Shown here: piece after piece, positions 18,417 through 28,076 of the stretch | Position numbering within the stretch: the stretch's first letter is position 1 | Layout of the letters: each line of letters opens with the position of its first letter | Source: a virus | Reading direction: 5' to 3' (one strand) | IMG/VR virus record: IMGVR_UViG_3300020048_000017 | Span: 1-64,000 of that record | DNA: 64,000 nucleotides | Position numbers and translations under genes: made by a program | Notes under the pieces: model-generated | Told to the model about the DNA's origin: nothing | Databases searched by the model: none | What the model saw: only the letters and a program-made list of their open reading frames with translations

Positions 18417-18731
18417 TCATTTGTCAAATCTTTTTATTTCCGCAAAGTTCAAAATATAAATAGGCCCCAATTCGTGAATTGTATCCCGCTCCACAACGTA
18501 GTCCATAAGGTCCATTGAAGAGTCTCCCGTAACGTCGCTAGGGTCTAACTGCGTCCAGTAGTTGAAATACTCACCCTCTTCCATGGCTTGTTCGTAACCT
18601 AAGACGTTGCGCACACACTTGTTAAGTTTGCGCTTTATCTCTCTGTGGCCTTTCACCCCTTGAGGGGCGCAGCACGAACAACGGAGACCACCGACACCGA
18701 TAAGCTTGTTTGAGATTTTCTTGTGGATCAT
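18417..18731 (-). CDS. hypothetical protein
   Basis: GGLRCSCC motif. Confidence 0.55.
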   Translation of the reverse strand: MIHKKISNKLIGVGGLRCSCCAPQGVKGHREIKRKLNKCVRNVLGYEQAMEEGEYFNYWTQLDPSDVTGDSSMDLMDYVVERDTIHELGPIYILNFAEIKRFDK

Positions 18732-18870
18732 GTATTATACTACACGGGTTTTTAAACAAGTCAAGCGAATTTTAGTATATTTGAAAATGTTCAAATGAAC
18801 AACCGTTTAGCGAATGTTCAAATGAACTTACCTCGCAAAAGAAAAAGGCGGGGTTTCCCCCGCCCGTCCC

Positions 18871-19113
18871 TTACTCCCCGAAACCGTAGGCGTAACGCTC
18901 GCCCCACTGGTTGTCAAATTGATCGTCCTCATCCTCGTAATCGTCGGCGAGGTCTTCGCTACCGAATTCTTCGAATTCGTAATCCTCTTCTTCTTCGCGA
19001 CTCCCGAAGTGGGGCATATTCATTTCCTCGAAATCGGCTTCGTGAACGTCCCGACCATGGTAAAGTTCTTCCATGGTATCGGCTCCGCAATCATCTTCAT
19101 CGTAGGTATTCAT
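18871..19113 (-). CDS. highly acidic 80-aa protein (DNA-mimic candidate)
   Basis: 32 of 80 residues D/E, no Lys. Confidence 0.6.
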   Translation of the reverse strand: MNTYDEDDCGADTMEELYHGRDVHEADFEEMNMPHFGSREEEEDYEFEEFGSEDLADDYEDEDDQFDNQWGERYAYGFGE

Positions 19114-19399
19114 ATTTAGGTGACGCTCTTTTGGCGTGAATTAACTTAACACACTATTTCTAATTGTCAAATGCTTTTTATCCTTTTTCGAAATATAATT
19201 TCTAGAATGTTCAAATGAACAAACCCCCAAACGAAAAATCGCCTGCCTTTCGGCAAGCGTTTTTCGAATTCTTTTTCTTGCGGTCGGGGACCACTTTGGT
19301 TCCCATACCTAACACGAACGCGGCCCCACGTTTCGGGGCGTATGGTTTGATCGGTTTCTTCATGAGATATTATTACACCAATTTGAAGGTTGTCAACTA

Positions 19400-19618
19400 T
19401 TAATTTGCGGGCAGGGAAACGTCCCTCACATAGTCAAGATCTGCTTTAGCTACCATCTTGATCATATCGTCAAGATTTTGCACGGGGCAGAGAAAGCGCC
19501 CGTTACCCATGCGGACAAGAACAAGTTGAAGTCTGTCCTCTTCGATAAGGGCAAGAGTATCTTCTGGGCTGGTGAGAAAGCCTAGCGTTTCTTTGCGGAT
19601 TCTTTGAGATGCGGTCAT
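19400..19618 (-). CDS. hypothetical protein
   Basis: leaderless ATG 19618. Confidence 0.6.
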   Translation of the reverse strand: MTASQRIRKETLGFLTSPEDTLALIEEDRLQLVLVRMGNGRFLCPVQNLDDMIKMVAKADLDYVRDVSLPAN

Positions 19619-19647
19619 AAAGAAATATAACACTCTTTTTAATAATG

Positions 19648-19875
19648 TCAAGCGGAAATTCTACCACCGAAACAACGAGAGAATTGATCTTGTGAGGATT
19701 CTCTTTTCGAGGTAGGGGTCCAGTCCGCCCAAAACATAGATACTTGCCAACGTGGATATTGATCCTTAACTTTCTGAGAAGCTTCTGGCGACGATTGAGC
19801 AGTCACTGAAATTTTCTTCGTGCGGGGAATCCGACGCATTACGGCATCTTCGACAAGGTGGAATGTATAAGTCAT
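19648..19875 (-). CDS. hypothetical protein
   Basis: array unit. Confidence 0.55.
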   Translation of the reverse strand: MTYTFHLVEDAVMRRIPRTKKISVTAQSSPEASQKVKDQYPRWQVSMFWADWTPTSKRESSQDQFSRCFGGRISA

Positions 19876-20022
19876 AAAGAACTATAGCACCCTTTTTAAT
19901 ATTGTCAACCATTAATTGTCTATTTCGAAAATGTTCATAAGAACAACCTGTTTCTAATTTGTTCAAAAGAACATGACGACGAACGAATAAAGGGGAGGGT
20001 TTCCCCTCCCCCGTTAGGGTTT

Positions 20023-20556
20023 TCACCCTTCGATTTTGTAATGTGTCCCGTTCACCGTGATTCCAGTAATTGATTCCAGCTTGTAGTTGCGCGGGACCAC
20101 TTCGCGCTCCACTCCGAAGTCCGCTTGACGGCTTGAGCTTGACTTTTCAGGCTCAAAGGACTTGATTTCCGCGAGGACTTCATCCGTCACACGCTCCCCG
20201 TCGCAAGTGTAATACACTTCAGAGGGCTTCATGTGAGGGTTGCAAGTCACGCGGATTTGCAGCTCGCCCTTGTGTTCGATAATCTTGTGAGGGACCAGCC
20301 AGCTACCATAGGCGAGTTTTTCCGCTTTGAACTCTCCCGCCTCTTCGACGCCCTCGCGGCCCGCTTGACGGTTAACGCCGTTTTCGTAGTTGGCTCCGAT
20401 AGAGACGTTCAGCCCCTTGGAGATTTTCCGGATACGCCCCACGTAGGGATTGCCGGTTTTCCGCATGGCGGGTTCCGTAGAGGTTTCCAACGTGGCGAAC
20501 GTGGTCCCTTTAACGGCTTTGATCGTGGCAACGAGCTGGTCTTTGGTTAACTTCAT
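20023..20556 (-). CDS. conserved phage hypothetical protein
   Basis: leaderless ATG 20556; MRKTGNPY...YENGVNRQ pattern. Confidence 0.7.
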   Translation of the reverse strand: MKLTKDQLVATIKAVKGTTFATLETSTEPAMRKTGNPYVGRIRKISKGLNVSIGANYENGVNRQAGREGVEEAGEFKAEKLAYGSWLVPHKIIEHKGELQIRVTCNPHMKPSEVYYTCDGERVTDEVLAEIKSFEPEKSSSSRQADFGVEREVVPRNYKLESITGITVNGTHYKIEG

Positions 20557-20737
20557 GTAGCAATATATCACAGGTTTTAAAGAATGCAAGCGCTTTTTTC
20601 ATTTAATTTCATTATAATTTTCATAAGGTTACAATTCAGGAATTGTTCCTTTGAACATCGTGAGGTTCTATGCGTTCGTTTGAACAATTTCCGCAATCTT
20701 GATTTTGTTCATTTGAACCATTAGGAAGGCTTTCGCC

Positions 20738-20932
20738 TCATTGGTAAAAAGTTATGTTCAGATTATTCAGAGCGCCGAAGTCAAGTTTCTTTTCGCCGAA
20801 CCCTTGTTCTGTAACCCTGTATAGAACCCCGTCCCGAATCCGAAGGGTGTAAGACCATACTTGATTGTTGTAAGTCCACATTGCGACAAACTGACCAGAG
20901 TCCGGCATGATTTTTGATGAGGTGATTTGCAT
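20738..20932 (-). CDS. hypothetical protein
   Basis: array unit. Confidence 0.6.
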   Translation of the reverse strand: MQITSSKIMPDSGQFVAMWTYNNQVWSYTLRIRDGVLYRVTEQGFGEKKLDFGALNNLNITFYQ

Positions 20933-20973
20933 GATTTGAATATAACAGACTTTTAGAATTTGTCAAGCGTTTT

Positions 20974-21204
20974 TTAAAGAACCCCTTCGCAATTCATTTG
21001 GTGCATAAGGCAAAGCCCTAGCGACTCAGCAGCCTCCGAGTAGTCAAAAGGCCCATTAACCTCTAGCCCGTAGACTACGTGAAAAACTTCTTTGTGAGTC
21101 CTTACTAGAAATACAGCCCCGCTTTCGAAAACGACCTTTCCTTCAGGCCACTTGATTTTTTCGAGGATTCCTTGATAGTTTAGATAGTGAGTAGGTTTAG
21201 CCAT
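20974..21204 (-). CDS. hypothetical protein
   Basis: array unit. Confidence 0.6.
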   Translation of the reverse strand: MAKPTHYLNYQGILEKIKWPEGKVVFESGAVFLVRTHKEVFHVVYGLEVNGPFDYSEAAESLGLCLMHQMNCEGVL

Positions 21205-21309
21205 AAGTCACTATAGACTAGTTTTAAATAATGTCAAGCGATTTCTTTAGCGCCAGTTTTCCGAATGTTCAAATGAACCTCTATAGAGTTTGGGGCCGAA
21301 GCCCTCCCC

Positions 21310-21747
21310 TTACTTCTTTCTTGGTTTGCGATTCATTGCGGCAACTTCTTTCTTTTCGAGTAGCACGGAGGAACCCGAAGAGAATGCGTTGATTAGGACT
21401 AGGAAAAGCCCCGCAATGATCTTGAGCGTGAGGATAGGCGCGAGAACCATGCAACCCTCTAGCAAGACCACAAACCCCGCAGCTTTCACCCTGTCGTTCG
21501 CGAAAGCTGCGCGGGACCACTGGTAAACGGATTTTGCGGAAAACACGCAACCCCCGATAATCAGGCCCATAAGCCACGGGTATTCCTTACACCCCATAAC
21601 GAGGTCATGAGAGACGCCCATTGTGTATTGAGTGAGACAGAAGATAGCCACGGGAACGAAAGCCCCCATTGCGGCACCGATCCCGAAGGGGAGACGGTTG
21701 TTTTTCTTGAAGGCTCGGCGAATTTGTTCGGTGATGGATATTGTCAT
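21310..21747 (-). CDS. multi-pass membrane protein
   Basis: about four hydrophobic segments. Confidence 0.65.
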   Translation of the reverse strand: MTISITEQIRRAFKKNNRLPFGIGAAMGAFVPVAIFCLTQYTMGVSHDLVMGCKEYPWLMGLIIGGCVFSAKSVYQWSRAAFANDRVKAAGFVVLLEGCMVLAPILTLKIIAGLFLVLINAFSSGSSVLLEKKEVAAMNRKPRKK

Positions 21748-21857
21748 CCCTAAGTATAGCATAGGATTTTTAATTGTCAAATGCTTTTTTAATTAATTCT
21801 CGCATGTTCATTTGAACAGATTCGGTACGCAGAAAAAGGGCCGAAGCCCTTTCCCTT

Positions 21858-22175
21858 TTAAACATACATTCCCTGTTGCATCTTTTCGAGATATTCAAGC
21901 AAAGTTTTGTCCCCGCTCCAGTGCAAATCCCTTTCGATGCCGAGACCGAAACGGAGTTTGATGCTTTCGAGTTCCGATAACGAAACGGTCCCCAATTCGG
22001 GGCATCCCATTCCAAGATCGCACAGCCCAAACAGGGTGTCCCCGTCCTCTTCGATTTCAGAGATCAGCCACGTTCCAGAACCGCACGGGTTGAAAAACTT
22101 AACGACGGGTTTTTGATTCTCTTTACCCCGATTAGCGATAAGAGCCGACATGATAGATTTGGTGATCAGTTTCAT
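21858..22175 (-). CDS. DUF2958 family protein
   Basis: PVVKFFNPCGSGTWLISE...LFGLCDLGMGCPELGTVSLSELES...IERDLHW. Confidence 0.85.
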   Translation of the reverse strand: MKLITKSIMSALIANRGKENQKPVVKFFNPCGSGTWLISEIEEDGDTLFGLCDLGMGCPELGTVSLSELESIKLRFGLGIERDLHWSGDKTLLEYLEKMQQGMYV

Positions 22176-22382
22176 GTAGTAACATATCACAGGTTTTTAA
22201 TAAGTCAAGTAATTAATAGGCCAAATTTAGATTGTTCGTTTGAACATTGTTACGAGCGTTATAATCCTATGGTATTAATATGTTCGTATGAACAAGGTGA
22301 TTACAAAAAAAACGGAGGGTGCGTGAAGACCCCTCCGTTTTTTGTATGTCAGACCGCATCACTGGTCAAATTTAAATTAGGT

Positions 22383-22454
22383 GTTTACAGATGGGATTCG
22401 AACCCATATTCAGCGGCTTCCCGCCCCTTGTCCTACCGTTAGACGACTGTAAAC
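22383..22454 (-). tRNA. tRNA-like element with degenerate anticodon arm
   Basis: GTTTACAG/CTGTAAAC acceptor, TCGTCTAACGGTAGGAC D arm, ATGGG-TTCGAAT-CCCAT T arm; loop CGGGAAG lacks U33, stem has a mismatch. Confidence 0.6.
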
Positions 22455-22611
22455 ATTGGCAGGCTCTGATTCGGCTTTAATTTAAACTAATCTAGTAAAA
22501 GAATCTATCCATTCACTAAATTTTGGGAGGTCGCAATCTCCTGTTATACCCCTCAGAGCCCCCTTACGTTATCCCCCGCTTTTGGAGCGAGGTTCCCACA
22601 TCAGTTTGCCT
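22455..22611 (-). ncRNA. structured non-coding leader upstream of the tRNA-like element
   Basis: own promoter (-10 at 22617-22622), no ORF >15 aa, GGCTCTGA/TCAGAGCC long-range stem plus hairpins. Confidence 0.4.
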
Positions 22612-22726
22612 TAGGAACTATACCACAGATTTTTCGATTGTCAAGTGATTTTATTATCAATACCGTTTTGTTCAAATGAACCTTTGTTCAAATGAACCTA
22701 GTGGGTAAAGGCCGAAGCCCCCACCC

Positions 22727-23065
22727 TTAGCGGGTGATTTCTTTCGTCGGGACGTTCTTGCCTTCCCACTTACTTGAGAATTCTTCAGCCGCCTTTTCCA
22801 GTAGCGGATTGACCGTATGATCGCAGATCGTTTCTTCGGGGCTATTACCCAGAACGATATAGACCCAGAGCCTTTTACCCTCAGGGGTTAGCAGATAGAC
22901 CGAGGCCTCATCGACCGCGCAAACGGCTTTAGCCGCCTCATTGACGTTATCGGTAAGGGTGTCTTCTTCCCCGTCGTCCACTTTCTGAATCGTGAGGCCA
23001 TTGGCCACACAGAGTTTAAGGAAGGATTTTACTACGGGGAGCCAGTTGTTGATGGTTTTTGTCAT
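22727..23065 (-). CDS. conserved hypothetical protein
   Basis: array unit. Confidence 0.65.
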   Translation of the reverse strand: MTKTINNWLPVVKSFLKLCVANGLTIQKVDDGEEDTLTDNVNEAAKAVCAVDEASVYLLTPEGKRLWVYIVLGNSPEETICDHTVNPLLEKAAEEFSSKWEGKNVPTKEITR

Positions 23066-23235
23066 GTCCTAATATACCACACTATTTTTAATTGTCAAAC
23101 GCTTTTTGTAATAAAAATCGGGGCTGTCTATTTGAACAGTATTTTGAAATAGCTTTGTTCATTAGAACATCCGGTTCATTTGAACAATTCGTAGACCTGA
23201 AAAACCCCGCTTTCGCGGGGAGTCCCAGATGACTT

Positions 23236-23478
23236 TCACTCGAAAAGATGTTCCTTGCGGAAAGCTGAATCGTAACCAACCGGATTCACTCGCGGCCCGA
23301 TATCGTCGCGATAGTGGGAAAGCCCTGCCATCAGTTCTTCATCGCTGGTTTCGTGCCACTCCATCAGGGCGGCTAAAGTGTTTTGAAGATACTGGGTTTC
23401 CTCTTTATCAGTAGGCCAACAAAAGTAGCCTTCAATGAGGTGCATCAGATCGTTTGTATCAAGGGTGTCAATGTCCAT
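23236..23478 (-). CDS. hypothetical protein
   Basis: array unit. Confidence 0.6.
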   Translation of the reverse strand: MDIDTLDTNDLMHLIEGYFCWPTDKEETQYLQNTLAALMEWHETSDEELMAGLSHYRDDIGPRVNPVGYDSAFRKEHLFE

Positions 23479-23631
23479 GGGATACTATAACACAGCTTTT
23501 TTAATTGTCAAGCGGTTTCTTTATCTTTTTCGAGGCTCTCTGAATGCTCTTCTGCTTCCCGTTCTTTTTCTTCATCCCTGCGACGATCAGCGTAATCTAT
23601 CGCCCGTTCCCATTGGTCGGGATCTTTGTAA

Positions 23632-23856
23632 TCAAAATCTGAATGTGCCATCTTTAGAAATGAGTTGAGCTTTGAATTGTTTACACTTAGATCGAACGTA
23701 GCTTAGTTCGCCCGCAATATAATCGGGGTTGTAACGCTTGTCAAATGCTTTTATTATTTTGTCAGATTTGTAAAGCTGGTCAAGGTGGTCCGCATAAAAA
23801 GAGAATTGAACGGGAGTTCCGTCCTTACTGATTGCGTCAAGATAAGCTAATGTCAT
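23632..23856 (-). CDS. hypothetical protein
   Basis: coupled to 23853-24068. Confidence 0.55.
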   Translation of the reverse strand: MTLAYLDAISKDGTPVQFSFYADHLDQLYKSDKIIKAFDKRYNPDYIAGELSYVRSKCKQFKAQLISKDGTFRF

Positions 23857-24068
23857 AAGATTTCAAAAGGCTCTTCTAGTCCTAAAGCGTCCTTAACAAG
23901 TTCTCTTAGTTCGCTCTGTTCGTAGTTGTCGATGTATCCGAAAGCGAGCCTTTCAAAGCTTTCGAGGAACATACCGTTTTCATCGCAAAGATCGGCTTCG
24001 ATCCAACAGTCATAGCAACAACCGTCCCCGCACTGCCAACTTTTATTGTTAAGGAAAACTTTTTTCAT
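23853..24068 (-). CDS. hypothetical protein
   Basis: leaderless ATG 24068; CGDGCCYDC. Confidence 0.6.
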   Translation of the reverse strand: MKKVFLNNKSWQCGDGCCYDCWIEADLCDENGMFLESFERLAFGYIDNYEQSELRELVKDALGLEEPFEIL

Positions 24069-24165
24069 TTCTAATACTACTTCAAATATTCTAAATGTCA
24101 AGCGGAAAATTTGGGGCCATCTGATTTGTTCATTTGAACCTCTTTTTCCCTTTCGGGATTTTGCA

Positions 24166-24372
24166 TTAATCTTGATCGTATTCGTATGCTTCGGGGTGAG
24201 ACTGCTTAGCGTAATGAACTGGACACTCATGCCAAGAATCGAAGGGCGAAAGAATCCAACCGTTGCAGCACTGGCACTCTTTACCGTCGTGAAGAGCTGC
24301 GAAAGCTACTTGAGCAGGGTAAGCTTGAACTAGATCGTGAAGGGTGGGAATGTATTCGTAAAGTTCGGTCAT
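24166..24372 (-). CDS. hypothetical Cys/His-rich protein
   Basis: CQCC...HECPVH. Confidence 0.6.
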   Translation of the reverse strand: MTELYEYIPTLHDLVQAYPAQVAFAALHDGKECQCCNGWILSPFDSWHECPVHYAKQSHPEAYEYDQD

Positions 24373-24459
24373 AAATTAATATAGCATAAGGATTTTAATT
24401 GTCAAGCGGAAATTTCGGGGCTATCTAATTTGTTCAAATGAACATTTCTACTTAATAAA

Positions 24460-24676
24460 AAATCCTAGTCTTAATCCCTTGCGATCTTATTACGACCGTA
24501 GGTAAATTTAAAACTAGGATCATGCGGGCGGATTCGACTCCGCTTTGAGATTCCTCGCCTTTCAGCTCTCCCCTATCCGTTACGTATCTTTACAGGTTCG
24601 ACCCTGCCGATTGCGCCGCTAAAGGGTGTCGTCCTCTTTATCATTCTCCGAATCGTTACAAGCGACCCGAACCGCA
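24460..24676 (-). ncRNA. candidate non-coding RNA unit
   Basis: promoter TTGACA-16-TATATT, no ORF >23 aa, several hairpins, long ATCCTAGT...ACTAGGAT stem plus U tract. Confidence 0.45.
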
Positions 24677-24926
24677 AAGCAATATAACACATAAGTAACT
24701 ATTGTCAACAATCTTTTAATCAATTCGACCAATTGTTCAAATGAACACACCTAGATAAAAGAAAAGCCCCTCGCGGGGCTGATCGGTTTAAAGGTTTCCG
24801 AGAATCATTTCCTTACCCTCTTCGAAAGTTCTTTCGAGAAGTTCTTTCAACGCCTCCTTTTTTTCGGAATTGGTCGCATCGCTAAGGATGAGTTCTTCGA
24901 GTTGTTCTTTAGATAGATGATCCATA

Positions 24927-25181
24927 TTATAAAGTTTTGATTTTGTTAGAGTAAACGCGATTGAATTTTTTATCAAAGTAAAATGAATTTTTATTTCCCA
25001 TCTTTACGGGCCTCTTTCTATAAAGTTCGTGTATATCCGAAACGGTCCCTTGAGCGGTTACATACTTACGCACTCCAAAATTGGCCATAGTATCCCCCGC
25101 GAACTTCATATTGTTGCGAGAGAAAAATAAGCTATCGGGATTGGCTTGTTCGTGGCGGGCTTTGAGTTCTGATGCTGTCAT
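24927..25181 (-). CDS. conserved phage hypothetical protein
   Basis: LFFSRNNMKFAGDTMANF pattern. Confidence 0.65.
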   Translation of the reverse strand: MTASELKARHEQANPDSLFFSRNNMKFAGDTMANFGVRKYVTAQGTVSDIHELYRKRPVKMGNKNSFYFDKKFNRVYSNKIKTL

Positions 25182-25281
25182 AATTAACTATAACACTCTT
25201 TTAAAATAAGTCAAGTATTATTTGCGCCGATTTTCCAGAATGTTCAAATGAACCAAGGGAAAGACCCCTTTCGGGGTAGTA

Positions 25282-25644
25282 TTATTTGAGGCGATTAATA
25301 AGGGTGATCAGTTTTTCACAAGGGTCGGAGCTATTCACAAAGTGATTTGTAGCGCCAGTGTAATCCTTTCTACCTTGGCAGGATCTTACAAGAAATTGAA
25401 AATCGCTAGGACCATAAGAGGGTTGATAAAGTTGAACATAGACCGTATCCCCGTGCATAGTGATCTCCCCACTAACCGCAATCCCGCCCTTGTTACTACG
25501 GAAATCTGCTTCGATGCCGCAATCCTTAGCAAGTGATTTAAGCAACTTCATTCCATCACGGTGAAACGCATTCTTTTCCTCTACCGTATAGGCTACGGAA
25601 CGGGTGAACTTGGCGGCGAATTTATTGTATAGGTTTTCTGTCAT
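25282..25644 (-). CDS. conserved mobile-element hypothetical protein
   Basis: RSNKGGIAVSGEITMH...YVQL...RSCQGRKDYTGATNHF. Confidence 0.7.
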   Translation of the reverse strand: MTENLYNKFAAKFTRSVAYTVEEKNAFHRDGMKLLKSLAKDCGIEADFRSNKGGIAVSGEITMHGDTVYVQLYQPSYGPSDFQFLVRSCQGRKDYTGATNHFVNSSDPCEKLITLINRLK

Positions 25645-25662
25645 GTTTTACTATAGCACGGT

Positions 25663-25887
25663 TTATTTATTTGTCAAATCCTTTTTAAACCTTTCCGCAC
25701 GGATCATCATAAGACCCTGTTTGGCTCTATGTAAAATCGTAAGCAAAGATTGTCTACCACTTTCTCCCAGTCCCTCTCTTGGACCTTCGAGATTTAGTTC
25801 AGAAATCTTTTCCTCTATCTTTGCGAGTTCTTTAGTTAATTCGCTAACAGAGAGTTTTCGTTCATTATGTTTCCAAAACATTTTCAT
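25663..25887 (-). CDS. hypothetical coiled-coil protein
   Basis: 74-aa ORF. Confidence 0.5.
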   Translation of the reverse strand: MKMFWKHNERKLSVSELTKELAKIEEKISELNLEGPREGLGESGRQSLLTILHRAKQGLMMIRAERFKKDLTNK

Positions 25888-26197
25888 AACTTTTAATCGT
25901 GTCGCTTCATGATATAGGTTCGATTCTTAACGTATCGCATAGGAGTCACGTTAGCTATCAGAGTCCTCTTAAGCTTGCGGGTAATGTAACCCCCGCTAGT
26001 CTCGCCCGCTTCATTAGTGTAACGGTAACCGTATCTGTATTGCCCTCTAAACATGTCCCACTATATCCCCTTATTTCTAATTGTCAAATGATTTTAATAC
26101 AGAAAGCCCCGTTGTTCAAATGAACATATCCCTACCCTTTGTTCAAAAGAACATACTGTGCTAAAGAAAAAGAGCGGGGAGAATCCCCGCCCTCCCC

Positions 26198-26866
26198 TTA
26201 TGCAATTTTCAAATCGACCTTTTTCTTAGCGATTCCGTGCGCAGGGAATCCGACGATTGCGTTTCGTTGCTTTTGACAGAGTCCACAAGAGGCGCAAGTG
26301 ACGTCATCCCGAATCACGGCGGGACAAACAACCACTTTATGACCGTCAGGGGTGATCGTGTTTTTGGTTTGATCGCTTGGCAGAACGACGACGACAGGCC
26401 CCACGTTTAAAGCTTTTAATTCGTCAGCGTGGCGCAAGTTATTGGCGGACAGATTCACGGTAAACCCGTTTTCGTTTGCGTGCCTCACCGCCTCCATATT
26501 TTCCGCCGTCATGGGTTTATGCGTATAGGTGAAACCCTTCCGCCCACGATTGGCACTTACTAGAGCTTTAAGCGCTTTCGTGTCGATAACGTTATTATCA
26601 CCCGCCAAGTCGCCCGCCTGATTATGCCGCCAGAGTTGACCGCGACGAATCTTTTTAACCGCCGCAAGGAAACCCTCGAAATCGGTCCCGCGTTCCCCGC
26701 TAGTGATTTTATTCCAGTGAATGTTCAGCGGTCCGCCTTGAGCGTAGCAACCGCCAGACTTGAACGGGCAAGCGTCAGGGCAAGTCGCCTTAGAAGAAGT
26801 CGAAACCGGAATTGGTCCGGTTTTCATATTGTGCGAAATCGGGGTGAGAGAAAGGTTATTTGTCAT
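26198..26866 (-). CDS. Cys-rich putative Fe-S (Gp88/radical-SAM-like) protein
   Basis: CPDACPFKSGGCYA; LWRHNQAGDL; FTYTH; CPA...CASCGLC. Confidence 0.55.
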   Translation of the reverse strand: MTNNLSLTPISHNMKTGPIPVSTSSKATCPDACPFKSGGCYAQGGPLNIHWNKITSGERGTDFEGFLAAVKKIRRGQLWRHNQAGDLAGDNNVIDTKALKALVSANRGRKGFTYTHKPMTAENMEAVRHANENGFTVNLSANNLRHADELKALNVGPVVVVLPSDQTKNTITPDGHKVVVCPAVIRDDVTCASCGLCQKQRNAIVGFPAHGIAKKKVDLKIA

Positions 26867-27060
26867 GCCGCACTATAACACAGGATTTGTAATAGTCAAG
26901 CGCTTTTTTAAATGATTTTCAATTATTTTTTTGGTGTCGATTTGAACAGTGTTCGCGTGAACAGTGTTCGGGTATCGACGGATGTTCTTATGAACATTCT
27001 GATTCTTTGTTCGTTTGAACAAAACTGCTGCAAGAAAAAGAGCCCCGAAGGGCTCTCTTA

Positions 27061-27258
27061 TTATGGAATCCTTACAAAGCTTTCTTCAGTGAATTCAAAG
27101 AATTGAAGACTCTCACCTTTATCGGGCTCTAAGTCGCAACCGAATTCAGAAGCAAGGTCTACTAGATCCTCCTCAGGGGTAATAACAAGGTTTCTGTCGG
27201 ATTCTACGTAATAGGTAGAATCTCCGTATCTATGTGTATGGACACCAATGAATTTCAT
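27061..27258 (-). CDS. hypothetical protein
   Basis: array unit. Confidence 0.6.
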   Translation of the reverse strand: MKFIGVHTHRYGDSTYYVESDRNLVITPEEDLVDLASEFGCDLEPDKGESLQFFEFTEESFVRIP

Positions 27259-27734
27259 AATTATTTTATTAGAGTTGAACTAGAGTTGCTTTTCCTGATA
27301 CGATATGAGTTTTTCTCATACAGGGTTTACCGTCCTTTTCCATCAGGGTTGTGTAACGGAATCCGTCACGGATGATTTTTACATTTACGGGTTTCGTCCC
27401 TTTTGAGACCTGTTCTTGAACGGCTTGGAGTAGTGACATAATTGACTATACCACATTAATTAGAAATGTCAAGCGAATTTTTGCCGTTCTCTTTCGTAAC
27501 GATCTTCGTTAAAATCTCCATAGTAAGAGACCTCGCAGAAAAAACTGCCATCCTGTTCTTGGAAGTCTCGAACCCTCACGGAATCAAAATCGCCATAACA
27601 GCACTGCAAGAAAAGATGTAGATTGATAACTAGAATACGTTTTTCCATAAAAGCACCTTATCACAGTTTCTAATAAAGTCAAGCGACTATTTCAAAATAT
27701 ATAGATGTTCAAATGAACAGCCGCCCTATACAGA

Positions 27735-28076
27735 AAAACCCCGCACACTTAACCAGTTATTCGGTTAAAGTGGCGGGGCTATCTAGTTGATCAACTCTTA
27801 AGTGTGCTTCTTCTTTATCTCCCCCATACGGGTTAACAAATTCTGCCCTTCTCTTATTAAACCCGAACCCTTAAGTTTCCGAGAGTGTTCTATCTCTATC
27901 TTAAGTGACATGTGGAAGAACTTTCACACGCACCCAAAGTTGAAAAGATTTGTTGTATTATCAGGGATCAAAGGTGGCCCTCCCCCCGTATAATCTATCT
28001 TGTATCTAGTGACTAGCTAGACTGTCGCTCAGCGGACCTTGGGGAGTCACCCTTTAGGCGGACCTTGCTTCAACAA
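27735..28076 (-). ncRNA. candidate non-coding or long-leader RNA unit
   Basis: promoter TTGACT-16-TATAGT; first ~165 nt without ORF, CAAGGTCCGC twice, hairpins; only a 37-aa ORF before an extended terminator. Confidence 0.35.

Noticed and set aside
24500-24680. tmRNA
   Set aside because: GGATTCGAC occurs, but there is no Ala acceptor stem, CCA end or tag ORF, and it is too short.
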